A stretch of 64,000 bases of DNA from Octopus vulgaris (GCA_951406725.2 OX597828.1:59458001-59522000); one strand, 5' to 3'. Positions 25,957-39,500 are shown, counted from the first letter of the stretch. The notes: generated from the sequence alone by a model not told the origin. Numbers and translations are program-made.

Positions 25957-27732
25957 ATGCTTAAATTAGGTTGTGTGAATGCGCGTGGCTTGGCGTCGGC
26001 TTGGAAACAAGGTTACCTTCTAAACGACATCAAGTCACTGAACGTGGATATAGTAGCTATCAGTGAAACCAGACTCAGCAAGCCGCGGGCCCTCGCGTCC
26101 ATGTTTGGCGATCAATTCGACATTTATTTTTCTCCCTGTCTGCCGAACATGGGTGGTGGTGGTACCGCGGTGCTTTTTCGAAGGAGTCTAAATGTAAAAG
26201 TAAGAACAATATTCCTAGACCCGGCGGGTAGGCTGGTTGTCTTGGACGTGGATGGCAGAAATGGGTGTGCATTCCGTCTGATGGCAGTTTATGCACCGTC
26301 CTTAACGGGTCAGGCGGATTTCTTCAGACGTCTAGTGGTTTTCCTGGCGCTTCTGTATATATTGACTCTCGAGCCGCTACTGCGGAAGCTGGCGACACTG
26401 AGGGGCATCCCACGGGAACTGGGTTGCGGGACGAGCGTGTCGGCATATGCGGACGATGTCACCGTCATAGTGTCGAGCGAAAAACACATCCAGATGATAG
26501 GCGAGACACTAAGAAAATACGAAACGGTGACGGGAGCGAAGATTAACCCGGAAAAGTCAGTGGGTTTGCTACGCGGCACCTGGAGAAGCAAGCCCATGCC
26601 GTCCGACTGCGGCTCAGTAGTGGGACGCTGGACGGACGGACCGGTTAAATTGCTCGGGGTGTGGTTCAGTCCGGACCTCCAAATGGATAAGAACTGGGAC
26701 GAGATCACGAGTAGAGTGGTCGCTCTCAGCCAAATATGGGCCGAGAGAAAGCTGTCTCTAAAAGGTCGGGCGGAGGTGGCGAACGCGTACATCTCATCCG
26801 TCATCGATTACCGCCTGACCGTCGTGCCTTGTCCCGACGCCACCATCACCAAACTGGAACACATAATCTTCCGCTTCCTGTGGAAGGGTGACGTTCCGAT
26901 GGTGAGGAAGTCCATTTGCTGTCAACATCCGTTGAATGGAGGACTGGGCATGCCGTGGTTGATGATGCACAGGCATTCGCTGAGACTGCGACATCTCTGG
27001 AACTTCATCGATGACGGTGAACAGGTGTGGGCGCCGTTTGTGAGGTGCACCTTCCCGCAGCTCGTCTCACTGACCGAACTGCAAACGTGGATCAAGAAGA
27101 GACCGAAACTGGGCGATTGGCACCGAGAGTGTCGCCAAGCTCTACAGCAACTCTGCCGACCGGGGTCAAACTTGTGCAACTTACACACGACTAAAGCGTT
27201 CTATAGAGGACTAGTGGAGGGGAGGTCCGACGACACACTCGGGGCAAACCTGGGTGTCGACGAGAAATTCCTAACTCGCCTGCTCAGGACGACGTTCGGG
27301 CCGGGGCCTATGGATTACTTCCAGAAATCCCTGGCTTGGCAATGCTATCGAGACGCACTACTTGTTCGAGAGAAGAGCTACAGGCATGGTTCGAAAACCA
27401 TCACCGGACCGACCTACTCGAGATGCGGTCAGAGCGACGAAACCGTTCTGCACGCGCTCGTGCAGTGTCCAGATATTTCAGAGCTATGGACCTTCGTCGA
27501 ACAGCTGTTGTCGCGTGTAGGACGGGCCGGCTTATCGGCCGAGTCTATCGTGAATATTGTTCCACCACCTTCCTTTAAACGGGAAGGGAAAACGATTTTC
27601 GTTACGCTGATGGCTATGGCGAAAGAATGTGTGTGGTGGACGCGTTTGAAAGGACTGCAAACAAACACCTTCCTCTCTGGTCAGTCTCAGGATGAGAATA
27701 GAGAGGAAGGCTTTGTCGAACGAATGTTTTAA
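25957..27732 (+). CDS. Tx1 ORF2 derivative, 591 aa (truncated APE fused in frame to C-terminal RT)
   Basis: Same motifs as copy A. Open until a ~32-bp deletion near 27688 shifts the last codons; the ancestral stop is at 27800-27802. Confidence 0.85.
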   Translation: MLKLGCVNARGLASAWKQGYLLNDIKSLNVDIVAISETRLSKPRALASMFGDQFDIYFSPCLPNMGGGGTAVLFRRSLNVKVRTIFLDPAGRLVVLDVDGRNGCAFRLMAVYAPSLTGQADFFRRLVVFLALLYILTLEPLLRKLATLRGIPRELGCGTSVSAYADDVTVIVSSEKHIQMIGETLRKYETVTGAKINPEKSVGLLRGTWRSKPMPSDCGSVVGRWTDGPVKLLGVWFSPDLQMDKNWDEITSRVVALSQIWAERKLSLKGRAEVANAYISSVIDYRLTVVPCPDATITKLEHIIFRFLWKGDVPMVRKSICCQHPLNGGLGMPWLMMHRHSLRLRHLWNFIDDGEQVWAPFVRCTFPQLVSLTELQTWIKKRPKLGDWHRECRQALQQLCRPGSNLCNLHTTKAFYRGLVEGRSDDTLGANLGVDEKFLTRLLRTTFGPGPMDYFQKSLAWQCYRDALLVREKSYRHGSKTITGPTYSRCGQSDETVLHALVQCPDISELWTFVEQLLSRVGRAGLSAESIVNIVPPPSFKREGKTIFVTLMAMAKECVWWTRLKGLQTNTFLSGQSQDENREEGFVERMF

Positions 27733-28089
27733 TAAAAAGTGGGTAAAAGTGGCAAAACTGGTTAGTATGAAAGACGACACTATTTCAAGCGTAAATCTGT
27801 AACCAAAAGAGACAATGAGAGGTAAGGTGACTTACTCATGTGTTCATTTTCGAACTGTCTGGGGTGACCTTGGTCTTTTTTGTAGGTTTTTCTTTCCAAG
27901 GCTACACCTAAACTGTGAACTTTATATATATATATTGCTTTTTTATACACCACACAACCCACAGATCCCTATTGATCGAACGTTTTTTCTTTCTGTGTCC
28001 CACCCATCCCACCTCGAAAAGAAAAAAACTCTACATTGTATTTCGTCCATTTTTCTTCTGTGTTTAGCCCTGTGGCCACAATAAAAAGT

Positions 28090-28143
28090 TATCTATCTAT
28101 GTATCTATGTATCTATGTATCTATGTATCTATCTATCTATCTT

Positions 28144-28189
<46 letters not shown>

Positions 28190-28190
28190 A

Positions 28191-28239
<49 letters not shown>

Positions 28240-28308
28240 CCTATCTATCTACCTATCTATCAATCTATCTATCTATCTGTATGTCTGTCTGTCTGTCTAT
28301 CTGTCTGG

Positions 28309-28378
<70 letters not shown>

Positions 28379-28431
28379 GTCTGTCTGTCTGTGTGTATGT
28401 CTGTCTGTCTATCTGTCTGTCTGTCTTTCTG

Positions 28432-28462
<31 letters not shown>

Positions 28463-28739
28463 GTCTGTCTGTCTGTCTGTCTATCTGTCTGTATGTCTGT
28501 CTGTCTATCTGTCTGTCTATCTATCTGTCTATCTATCTATCTATCTATCTTTTTTTTTTTTAACACCCCCTCTTTTTTTTGTCCTCTTTCTCTTCTTTTA
28601 CGATCCCTTTTGATCGACCCCCCCCCCTTTTTTTACCTTCAAAAGAAAAGCTCTACCTTGTAATTTGTTCTATCTGTGTGCAGCCCTGTGTGGCTAATAA
28701 AGAAACATATCTATCTATCTAGCTATCTATCTATCTGTA

Positions 28740-28785
<46 letters not shown>

Positions 28786-28818
28786 TCTGTCTGTCTGTAT
28801 GTCTGTCTGTCTGTCTGT
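28090..28818. repeat. Compound (TATC)n/(TGTC)n array
   Basis: Direct reading; contains a truncated Tx1 3' end. Confidence 0.97.
28550..28707 (+). mobile_element. 5'-truncated 3' UTR of a sibling Tx1 family within the TATC array
   Basis: GATCCCTTTTGATCGA...AAAAGCTCTACCTTGTAATTTG...GCAGCCCTGTGTGGCTAATAAAGAAAC parallels the copy A/B 3' UTR GATCCCTATTGATCGA...AAAACTCTACATTGTATTTCG...TTAGCCCTGTGGCCACAATAAAAAG. Confidence 0.75.
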
Positions 28819-29443
28819 GATAAATTCTGTGTGTGTGTGTGGGGGGGGGGGTGATGAAGATAGAGGAAGAGATGATAGCTTGAGAGAAACACAGAAGAAG
28901 AGTGAATGGAAGAACAGAATCCACACAGTATACTATTGGTAATATATTTATCGATATGTTGTCGACGGCGCGAATTCAACTTTGAGTGCAAAGAGTGAAG
29001 TTGATACCGCAAAGCATTTTATCAGACGCTCTTAAAACTGGCAATTCACTTCCTCTATATATATGCATTCATACATACAAATATAAATGCATTTATACAA
29101 AAATGTATACATACATACACATATACACTCACATATATTTGAAAAATGTTCTTCCAAAATGATAAAAAAAATTATCTAAAAGAATTATATCATTAAAAAG
29201 AGATAACAAATACAAATCTAATGGAAGATATGAAGGAGATTTTCGTTAAAGGAAGATTTCAACTTACGCGTTTCCAGACATAGCCAACCGAAATCATTAA
29301 CATGAAATCACGTTCTAGTCTTCCGAGGCTTTGGGCTAATCTATTTTGTATTTTCAAGAAATTTTTCATCAGTTAATTACTAACTTTAAAGAATCACTTT
29401 CTTCAAATATTGTGCCTGTATTAAAAAAAATTGCACACACACA

Positions 29444-29508
<65 letters not shown>

Positions 29509-29809
29509 AGATGCACTTAAAGGTAGTTACATACATACCTGTATAGACTTATCGAATGTTTTAACGTACAGAGAACTTCAGTCAAGTATGCGTTCTAATA
29601 CAGTGTTGTGAATACGGGCTGAGTTGAACTACATTATACATTGTTTTAAAAATACGAACGAACGTTACTAAGCGTGTTAAGATTTTTCTTAATTCTAGTC
29701 TGTTACACCGTGATTACGTATACATTTATATGAATCTCTCCCTTGCCGTCTCTCTGAGTCTTTCTCTCTTTATCTGTCTGACGCTCTCTCTTCATATGAT
29801 ACACATGCA

Positions 29810-29881
<72 letters not shown>

Positions 29882-29996
29882 CATCTATCCATCTATCTAT
29901 CTATCTATCCATCCATCCATCATCTATCTATCTATCTATCTATCTATCCATCTATCCATCTATCTATCTATCTATCTATCTATCCATCCATCCATC

Positions 29997-30062
<66 letters not shown>

Positions 30063-30081
30063 TTATCTATCTATCTATCTA
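29810..30081. repeat. (TATC/CATC)n array (no insertion)
   Basis: Direct reading. Confidence 0.97.
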
Positions 30082-30124
30082 ACTATGCACACACAAATAC
30101 ATATATATAACAATCTATTGACCA

Positions 30125-30740
30125 GACTATCAGATGTTGTTATAGTCAGTTCCATCTCGTATCCGAGCATTGGGTTCGTCAGTTTCCATCCAGTCTCCTC
30201 GAAAGTGTCCAAGTGGGTGGTGAAAGAGTCATGGGCAGAACTCACACGTGATAGTCGGTGCGGGTCGAGGATGCTGAAGGCGCCACTTTCTTCTGCGTTT
30301 TGCCTCCTCATTCTGTTTTATTTTTCTGCTCGAAGGAGCTGGCTCCATTGCGGATAACAGCCCTCCAGACTGTCCTATCCATGGCAATCTGTTCCCATGA
30401 GGATGGCTGGATGTTAACTTGAGCCAAAATCCGTTTGAGCTGGCCTTTAAAACGGAATTTCGGACCTCCTCTGGGTCTTGCAAGTTCTCCGTAGAGCATG
30501 ATCCTTGGGAGACGAGAGGGCTCCATTCGCTGGACGTGACGTGCCTAACGGAGACGATGGCGAAGAATGATGGCTTCGACACTTAGTTGTTGAGCGCGGC
30601 GAAGAACCTTGTTGTTGGTAGCGTGATCTTCCCATTGTATGTAGAGGATCGGTCATAGCTTCGATTGCTGGAAGCATTCAAGGCGCTTGAAGTCAAGGCG
30701 GTTCAACACCCAAGTCTCACAAGCGTAGAGTAGAGTCGAC
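30125..30740 (-). mobile_element. RTE-clade LINE, 5'-truncated 3' fragment
   Basis: STLLYACETWVL, IQWEDHATNNKVL, RMEPSRLPRIMLYGEL..RPRGGPKFRFK..LK and WEQIAMDRTVWR. Confidence 0.9.
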
Positions 30741-30865
30741 ATATATATAAATGTATGTTTGTATGCATACACTCACACACATATGCATACATACATAGGA
30801 AGAGGGATGGTGTTATAAACTACCAGTGACAATGTGCTATTCCTGTCAATGTAGCTTTTGAATAA

Positions 30866-30903
<38 letters not shown>

Positions 30904-30908
30904 CTTAC

Positions 30909-30939
<31 letters not shown>

Positions 30940-30941
30940 CA

Positions 30942-30975
<34 letters not shown>

Positions 30976-33900
30976 CATACATACATACATAAAAACACAC
31001 ATACACACACACTCACACACACACACACACACACATACACACAGATATATATATATATATATACACATAATTATATGTGTGTGTGTGTGTGTTATTCTTA
31101 CACAAGAATATTTTTGATAGTGATTTCGAAGTTTCGGCCTGCGATGCATTAGTTAGTCTGTATATCTAAGGTCAATATTGTGTGCGTTTGTTTGAGTGGA
31201 CTGGTAATTAAGTAGTCGCTTCTTTTATAACAATCTCCAATCAATAAAAGGCGTAACCCATTGTTACACACCTACATGGGATACCTCGTACTAAAATGAA
31301 AACTGTATGCATTAGAAACAGTATTTTGTTTTATCCGTTCGTATTCCAGGGAAGTGTTAGCAAGTACGTTCCGTGCCAAGAAAGTATTCTCAACCATGAG
31401 CTGAGAGTACGTTCCAAACACCTAGTGATAAGTAGGTTGAATTAATTCCATTCGTTGTTTTGGAAGTGCAAGTTGAACCTGTTTCAAATGCGTACTCTAT
31501 AATTTGAGAATTAGTTCTTAGAATACTATCGCTTCATTTAATTCTGACTCTCTCTACATATAACTATCTTAAGGATATATGAAGCATTTAGTGAGCAGTT
31601 ATACGTGGTTTTGAAATTACAATCTCGCTGTTGAAGTGGAATGTTGATTGCTTATGTGCTGATTACTTATGCGTTGACTTGTTATGTATTGATTGCTTAT
31701 GTGCTTTATGTTGTGTTGAACTATATTTGAAGAAGTGTACAACATTAGTTATTTTATTTTAGTTTATTTTATCTCAGCTGAAATATGTGAAATTTTGTGT
31801 AACAGAAAAAATAAACGTTAAAGACTCTAACTAGATTTGTTTTTACATCCAATTTACATAGTGATCGGATATTACATTTTCCAGAGCTGGCATTTTATGG
31901 TAGCATTCTAATGTGGACTGCACCAATGAAAGTTTTTTTTTTTGGTGGGGTGATGAATAAGATTATATATTCTTTTACTCTTTCACTCTACTAACTGTGA
32001 TGGTGTAAGAGAATGGGTGGAGTAATTATATATGAAGTGTCATCATTTGGTTTTTGGTCAGAGTATTGCTTGTCTGTGATCGTTTTCAGGGATGTGTCTA
32101 GAATTTAAGGCTTCATGGTTTACGTCTAGTAATGGAATAAACATGTCTTTGATTCCTCTATAAATTTATCCATACTCTGGTAATTATTTTATTGAAAACG
32201 GATAGACCATCTTCTCTGTGTAATTCACATATACATATTAATAATAACCAAAACTAAAAGACTATCTAGAAGGCGTCCGCTGTTTCGTGTGGAAGCGGAA
32301 TTATATACAAACACCCAAAACAAGAATTCATAAAGTACCATTAACCTACGAGAACATGAATCATTATCCTCTTCTAAGATTACTCACTGTAAACCTTTTC
32401 CTTTGACCTGCTTGTGCTACTGACTTGGACATTATCTTGGGATTTATGCGACTTTAATTCCTTTATTTTATGCCTACTAGTTGGTATGTCAACATAATTG
32501 TTGTGTGGCTATGACATTTTAAACCCTCCAACCACTTGTATTTATAACCATATCTAATTATTTACAACTGTATTATTTTTTTAAACATTCATGATGGTAT
32601 GACTTTCTGAGTGTTTCAATATTGCAGAGAATGACATAAACTTTGAGTATATATTGATGCAGCAAATTGAACGATATAACAATCCAACCAGATAAGGTAT
32701 TTGGCTAGTAAATGTGATGGCGAACTTTACTCCTTTGTTTATCCTGCGAAGGATAAATATTTCCTAGATTTTTTGTCTGTGTAAAATGCTTTAGATTTGT
32801 TGTATGCATTTATTCCTTTATACATATCCTGTTGCCCGGATTTTGCATGACTTGCGGACTGTGGTTCTCGCCTAGATTTCCTGAATCCCCGCCTTTTCAA
32901 ACATATTGCTTCTCTGTTTTTATTCAACTGCAGACGGCATAATACCTCAGATATGATAAAACAACACAAACGTTTCATTTATGGATACCTCACTATCGTA
33001 GAGGATCGAATACAAGGAATTATTCATGCACATGAGAAACTGTTTGAGAGGACCGTAATTAAACAATATCTATTGCTTTGATTTTAAATACGAGATCGTA
33101 GATATGACAAAACTTCTATCCACACTGAGAAATCGAACGATTATTAAAATTACACAAAGCCCAAACTCACATCTGTTATCATAGTTTCTTCATCACAGTG
33201 AAGTAGCGTACAAAATATAAATTAAATTACTGCCGATATCTTCCGACATTTTATGAGTAGCCATGCAAAGCTTTCATATTAATACTTTTACAGATTGTTT
33301 GTTCTGGGTTCCTTTATTCAATAATTGCTTGAGACTGAACAATATGAAAGATTCTCAATAAGAATAATAATAAACATCAATAACGATAATAAAAATAGAA
33401 TTATACAACTAAATATATATGTATCGATTTGATATGACAACTATTATTACATTAATACATTTGAAAAGTTAGCACTAAATGACATTTCGATTTTATTCAT
33501 AAATATAGCAAATTTTAGGTATCAATGCTTCAATGCCTGAAACTTCATCAACAGAAGGAAAAAAATATCAAACAATAAAAAAAGAATAGCAGCAAATGAG
33601 ATCGAAAAAAAACAACAACAAATACTAAAAAGCAATAACAATTTAGAAAAATAAGAAATAGAAAATGTTTGTTTAACTGAATATCCGAAATCAATATATA
33701 AATTTTAATTCCTTTATATTAATTGAAAACCTTTCATGGATTTCTGTGTTACATGTTTATTTGGTTATTTTGAATGTTTATTTGTTTCCAAGTTGACAAC
33801 ATGAAATTAATATAGAATGTTCTTAATATTGCAAGCATCACATTCTTCAGTTTCGCTTATGCACAGTGTGTATGCTGTATCTTTTAACATTTTATGACGT

Positions 33901-34096
33901 CTTCGTGAGAAAAATCCTCTAAAATTAGTTGCCTGTACATGATTGGTTACTGCGGTTTGGTCGATTTGATCAATTCTGATGATATTCACGCTTACGGCAT
34001 CGATGCCTAAAAAATAATGCTTCTTATTGAATCTAAATGGGATTAGAATATTCTGATTTAACAGAAAAAGTCATGTCATACAAAATGCTCTACAGT

Positions 34097-34143
<47 letters not shown>

Positions 34144-34301
34144 TTTATGGTAACGTTGAGGGCATGCAAATAAAACTCCTATTTCATTATGACGGCTGCC
34201 GTCTAATTATACTGACTAGTGAGTCAGTTTTTGGGGGTTGCATCATGGTTATACCGATATAATGTAGGATAAATATAATAATAAACAATAATTCTAGGAT
34301 G

Positions 34302-34348
<47 letters not shown>

Positions 34349-34568
34349 GGCATCTTTGCTTCCAGATTTTAGTAAACTTGCCTCAAAATTTCCTTTCACT
34401 CCTCTACCCATTATAAAATGAGTACTAGTAACACACGAATAATATATATTTTCCTTCATACTAAATTGACTTTTACATCGAAGCTTTATGGCTGTGCCAT
34501 CATATATCCCATAGATGAAATTAATCATAAAAAATATCCATTGTGGGGCTAATATTTGTACATCTGCT

Positions 34569-34755
34569 AAGGCGGCGAGCTGGCAGGATCATTAGCACGC
34601 CGGACAAAATGCTTCACGTTCTGAGTTCAAATTCCGCCGAGATTGGCTTTGCCTTTCATTTTTTCAAGTTCGGTAAAATATGTACCAGTTGAACAATGAG
34701 GTCGACTTACCACTGCCCCCGATTTTGCATGCTATGTGCCAAAATTCAAAATCAA
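34569..34755 (+). mobile_element. SINE of the GGCGAGCTGGCAGAA family
   Basis: AAGGCGGCGAGCTGGCAGG...GTTCAAATTCCGCCGAG...GTGCCAAAATTCAAAATC. Confidence 0.8.
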
Positions 34756-35037
34756 TATTTTATATTTTCTAAGCTCGCCCGCTCGCTCAGAACCTGCCTG
34801 TTAGAACCATTAAAAAACGAGTAACAGTTAAAATTCCGCAAAACCTATAATGTTATAAATCACATTACTGGGGAGATATTTTAATGGTCATAATGGGAAT
34901 TAGTTAAATTATAATAACCAATCGGTTCATCCTTCAGTCTACAAGTATAAGTTCTTGTTTGCTATTTCTCTGTTTCTCATTTAGTTCTTTGTCCGTCAGT
35001 CTTGCCTTCGCTCCCTCTCTATCTGTATCTATTTACT

Positions 35038-35100
<63 letters not shown>

Positions 35101-35647
35101 CTGTGTGTGTGTGTGTCAACACATCCTTGCATTTTCTATTATATATATATATATATATATATATAATTTACAAAATAAGGGCAAAAGAAAAATTCTAATG
35201 CCAAATATGCCGAAAAACAGACAAAAATTGTCAATAACCATTATAATTCGGCATATTTGGCATTAGAATTTTTCTTTTGCCCTTATTTTGTAAATTATTT
35301 ATGAATTTAACCTTTAAAGGTATTTTTTGATATGCTGGCCATTGATAAAAATTTTTTCTCGAAAACAATTTTATCCTACATTAGTTATAAATTGAATAGT
35401 ATTCACTTCCGGATTCACTCACTCTGTGAAAGCGTCCTCGAAGCGTGGTGTTATTTTGAGTGCGAATCACATCTGTAAGTAACTGTTTAGCTTTGAATTG
35501 TTGAAAATTGTTGTTTTGTATTGATTGAACTTCAAACGTCTGTTTCATAACAGAAAAAATATTGTTATTCCCCTCCGTTAGGAGGGGAAAAGTGCTACAC
35601 TTTGTCACATACACAAGAAATATTATAAATTCGTGAAAAAAAAAAGG

Positions 35648-37218
35648 ATGAACAAAGAAGACATGTTGTCGTCTTCAAAAATGTTTGAAGTGGAAACTCT
35701 GTCAGCTTCATCAGATAAAGGTTCGCCTTCATTTGAAGGTGTTGAAGGTTCGACTTCATTTGAAGTTATTGAAGGTTCGCCTTCTAAAGGAAAAAATGTT
35801 AAAAATTTGACAAAAAAAGAAAATGAACAAGCTAAACAAGAAGATTCGTTGAAAACCAAAGCATACAACTTCGCAGCTGCGGCTGGGCCGAAGACTGAAG
35901 AAATAAAAATAGACGATACAGAGTATATGAAATATAAAGATATGTTTACAAGGGAGGGAAATGATGTAAAAGCCACCCTCCCAGAAGAAATCAATCAGAA
36001 AGAAAACCCAAAAGAGGATAATAGTATATAAGTCCTTTTTAATAAAAGAAAAGAAAATTGAGAAGGTGACTAAAGAGCAGGCAGAGAAGTGCCTACAGCT
36101 CATATGGGATGATATCGATTATGTGACAAGAGGAAAAAAATACGCCACGATAGTGGTATACTTCAAGAATGAACACATGGCGAAGACCCACTCGTTAAGC
36201 CCTATTAAAACGAACGAAATAATTCTGTTACCTTCCTATTTGGGGCGGAGGACCGCCAAATTAAGAATAGAAGAATTACCTGCGGAAATCGAGGTAAAAT
36301 GGTTGCTTCCAGCCTTACTGATGGGGCTGGAAGAAAAAATAAGTATTATTGACGTAACAAAAATTCGGAAGGAAAACTGGCGAGGACAGAGTCTGCAAGT
36401 AACCATACAGGCGGCCCCAGAAACACTGGAGGAGGTCGCCGGGAACATAAACTTTAGCGAAGAGATAAAATTGCGGGTGGTGGTGGAGGGACGAAAGCCC
36501 CGATGCTATGGATGCGGAGAGAAGGGACACATCCGTGTAGACTGCCCCACCCGCAAGAAAGAAGAGGATAAAAGGAAGACGGAAGCGGAGGAGAAAAGGC
36601 GAAAGGAGACGGAGGAGGAAAAAAGCAGCAAAAGAACACAGAAGAAGAAAATGCCTTTACTCTGGTTAGACAGAGGAAGACCCCAAAAAGGAAGAACGAA
36701 GACTCGAACCAACCCACCCCAAGCACAAACCAAAAAAAGTAATAATGACAATACAGCAAACACACAGGGGGGAAAATCTACCCCACCCAACCACGGTTCG
36801 CCACAAAAAGGAAAAAAAAGTGAAGACCCCCCCAGCCCATCCCGAACAACCACCCCACCCCCACCCCTCAGTGCCGAACAATTCCCTCCCCTCCCAGACT
36901 CCACCCCACCGTCCACCCCATCACCCCTACAAAGCCCAGGAAAGGAAATTAAGGAATTGGAGATGGTGTACGTCGCTATTAACAAGGAAAACGATAGGTT
37001 GGTAAAATTCATAAATGACACACCAACAGCAACAAAAACACAGACACAGGGTATTACCCAAAAATGTAGACGTGTATAAAATCGATATGATGAATATGAA
37101 TATTATTCGTGATGAATACCCAAGGGACTATTTTGGTCCTCGTCTCGACCTTCATGAGTCGTTATTCAAGGCGGACTTTGCCCCACGACCAACGGGAAAA
37201 ATCAAGAAAACCGATTAA
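35648..37218 (+). pseudogene. Tx1 copy C ORF1, frameshifted
   Basis: Consecutive ORFs 35633-36031, 36066-37079 and 37015-37218, with VVVEGRKPRCYGCGEKGHIRVDC and a Pro-rich region. Confidence 0.85.
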
Positions 37219-37227
37219 AGATAGGTG

Positions 37228-38856
37228 ATGTCTCATATTCATGTAGGGTGCATAAATGTGCGTGGCCTGATGTCGAACTGGAAGCAAGGGCGCTTCCTAA
37301 ATGACATCAGGTCACGGGATTTAGATGTTGTTGTTGCCACAGAAACCTGGTTAAAGGGGCCAAGAGATCCTCTCCCGCTGTTCGGCGGTTACGAGAGAAT
37401 TATCTCTCCGAGCCGTCCGTCCGGCGGAAGTGGGGTGTTGGTCCTATGCAAAAAGAACCGGGTTTCTGAGAAAAAGTTGATTTTTTCAGATCCAGAAGGT
37501 AGACTGGTCGTCGTTGATTTGACGTTCAGTAGTTGTAAGGCAATCAGACTGGTTGCGGTTTACGCACCCCACAATTCAGGGGAACAAAGAGACGGTGACA
37601 GGAGCAAAAGTTAATCGCGAAAAGTCAGTCGGCTTGCAACTCGGCACCTGGAGAGGCAAGTCGATGCCTCCAGACAGCGTCGTGGGACGTTGGACGGAGG
37701 GTCCGATTAAGTTGCTCGGGGTTTGGTTCGGACCAGACCTCCAAATAGAGAAGAACTGGAGCGAGGTATCGAGCAGGGTAATCCAAATAGCCAAGACCTG
37801 GTCTTGGCGGTGGTTATCCCTGAAAGGTAGGGCGGAGGTAGCCAATGTGTTTATTGCATCGGTGATCACCTACCGCCTTGCCGTCGTGCCTTGCCCGGAC
37901 TCGTGGTTGACCAAGTTGGAAAGATTTTTGTGGAAGAGCTCAAAACCACTTGTGAGACGCTCTGTTTGTTGTCAACAACCGTTAAAGGGTGGACTAGGGA
38001 TGCCGTGGCTAATGATGCGTAGAAATGCGCTGAGGTTAAGGCATCAGTGGCTCCACCTGGATGGTGAACGGGTGTGGTCTCCGTTGGCGATACAGATGTT
38101 TCCCAAGTTCACCAGTTTTGGTGGTCGGGAAGACTGGTATAATCGTTGATCGAAGGTGGGTACATGGTACACGGAGTGTCGCAAGGCACTTGACTATTTC
38201 GTCGCTCGGTCAATGCCTGCAGCAGTGGTTCTACCGCTGTTTTCTATAGAGGGTTTCTATAGAGGGCGGTTGCGATGATACGTTAGGGGAGACCCCTAGG
38301 TTTCGACGATAATCAGCTGGCCAGACTGTTCCAACGTACATTTGGGCCGAGGACCCTGGATAATTTTCAGAAGTCCTTGGCATGGCAGTGTTACCGAGGA
38401 ACCTTACCTGTTCGGAATAAACTCTCAAGGCACGGAGGCCAAGACAGCCCGACCTGTCCGAGGTGTGAGCGAGACAGGGAAACCGTCTCGCACGCGATCG
38501 TGCAGTGTTCGGAGGTGTCGGACATGTGGGTTTTTGCCGAACGACTGTTGTCAAGTGGAGGAGGAGTACAGCTATCGACAGAATCCATTGTAAAAATCGA
38601 CCCGCCGGATTTCTTAACGAAAGAAGGTAAGAATTGTTTTCTCTCAGTGGTTGCAACTGCGAAACAGGTAGTATGCAAGACAAGGATGAAAAGGGGTGAC
38701 AACAGGCAACTTCATCTCTGGTCCTAGTCTGGTGGTATATTTTAGATTCCACCTAAAAAGACAAATAGAGCTAGAGAGGAGGTGCCTGAGTAAGAAAGAG
38801 TTTGATGAAAGAAAGAATGTCGTGAATAAAAGGACCCTCATGAATGCAAGATAAGC
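37228..38856 (+). pseudogene. Tx1 copy C ORF2, deleted and frameshifted
   Basis: INVRG, TET, GRLVVVD and VYAP followed directly by ETVTGAKVNREKS (no YADD), then LSLKGR, GGLG and CPRC..ET..H....C. Confidence 0.88.
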
Positions 38857-39500
38857 CAAAAAAGAAAAAAAGGAAAAAACCCAAGGTCAGTGTCGTGGCG
38901 GGGCTCGTGGGGTCCGTAATCCCGCCCCACTCCATCTGTGAAATTGTCCTATGCAGTGTCTTATCATCCGTAATCTATAACCATGTATAAATTTTAACAG
39001 ACCCCATACGCATGTTTAATGTCAAATCATAGGTGATTGTTCCGTTTTCTTTCTTTATGGTGAATAAAGAAAAATCTCTCACTCTGTGAAAGTTTCTAGT
39101 TCGAATCACACGTGTCTCGAGATGTGCCGAAGTTTTTCTATTTTGGATATATTTGGGGTACTTAGGTTTTCTCAGGACTTAGTGCTTGCTTTTTCCATGG
39201 GTATGAGTAAGTATTTCACTTATATCCCATGTATTTATCACTGAAGAGGAGAAAATTATTATGAAATTGGGACCAATACGGTAATAACGGAGTTTTTAGA
39301 AATTTCTATCGGTTTGTTTCGAGACGCATAAATTATAATGGTTATTGACAATTTTTGTCTTTTTTTCGGCATATTTGGCATTAGAATTTTTCTTTTGCCC
39401 TTATTTTGTAAATTATTTATGAATTTAACCTTTAAAGGTATTTTTTGATATGCTGGCCACTGATAAAATTTTTTTCCCGAAAAAAATTTTATCCTACATT

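Larger units (their letters stand above)
23511..28089 (+). mobile_element. Tx1-clade non-LTR retrotransposon, copy B (same family and same ORF2 deletion as copy A)
   Basis: Same 5' end (CGAC.GACGT.TTGTCACATCGGCTCCGAAGG) and 3' end as copy A. ORF1 probably starts at ATG 23834 and is interrupted by a Helitron; CCHC knuckle CYNCGSPEHLIAKC is present. Confidence 0.92.
35433..39077 (+). mobile_element. Tx1-clade non-LTR retrotransposon, copy C (different family, larger ORF2 deletion), 15-bp TSD
   Basis: TSD CTCACTCTGTGAAAG at 35418-35432 and 39078-39092. ORF1 has CYGCGEKGHIRVDC, ORF2 is homologous to copies A/B, and the 3' end is AATAAAGAAAAAT. Confidence 0.92.

Noticed and set aside
28036-28663. 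Long ORFs of YLSI/VCLS, YIYI, THTH or poly-I/T/V type here and elsewhere
   Set aside because: They are translations of microsatellites that lack stop codons.
32739-32978. Short ORFs in unique DNA as host exons (also 50022-50390 and 59047-59339)
   Set aside because: No recognisable domain or consistent splice structure; the lengths are compatible with chance.
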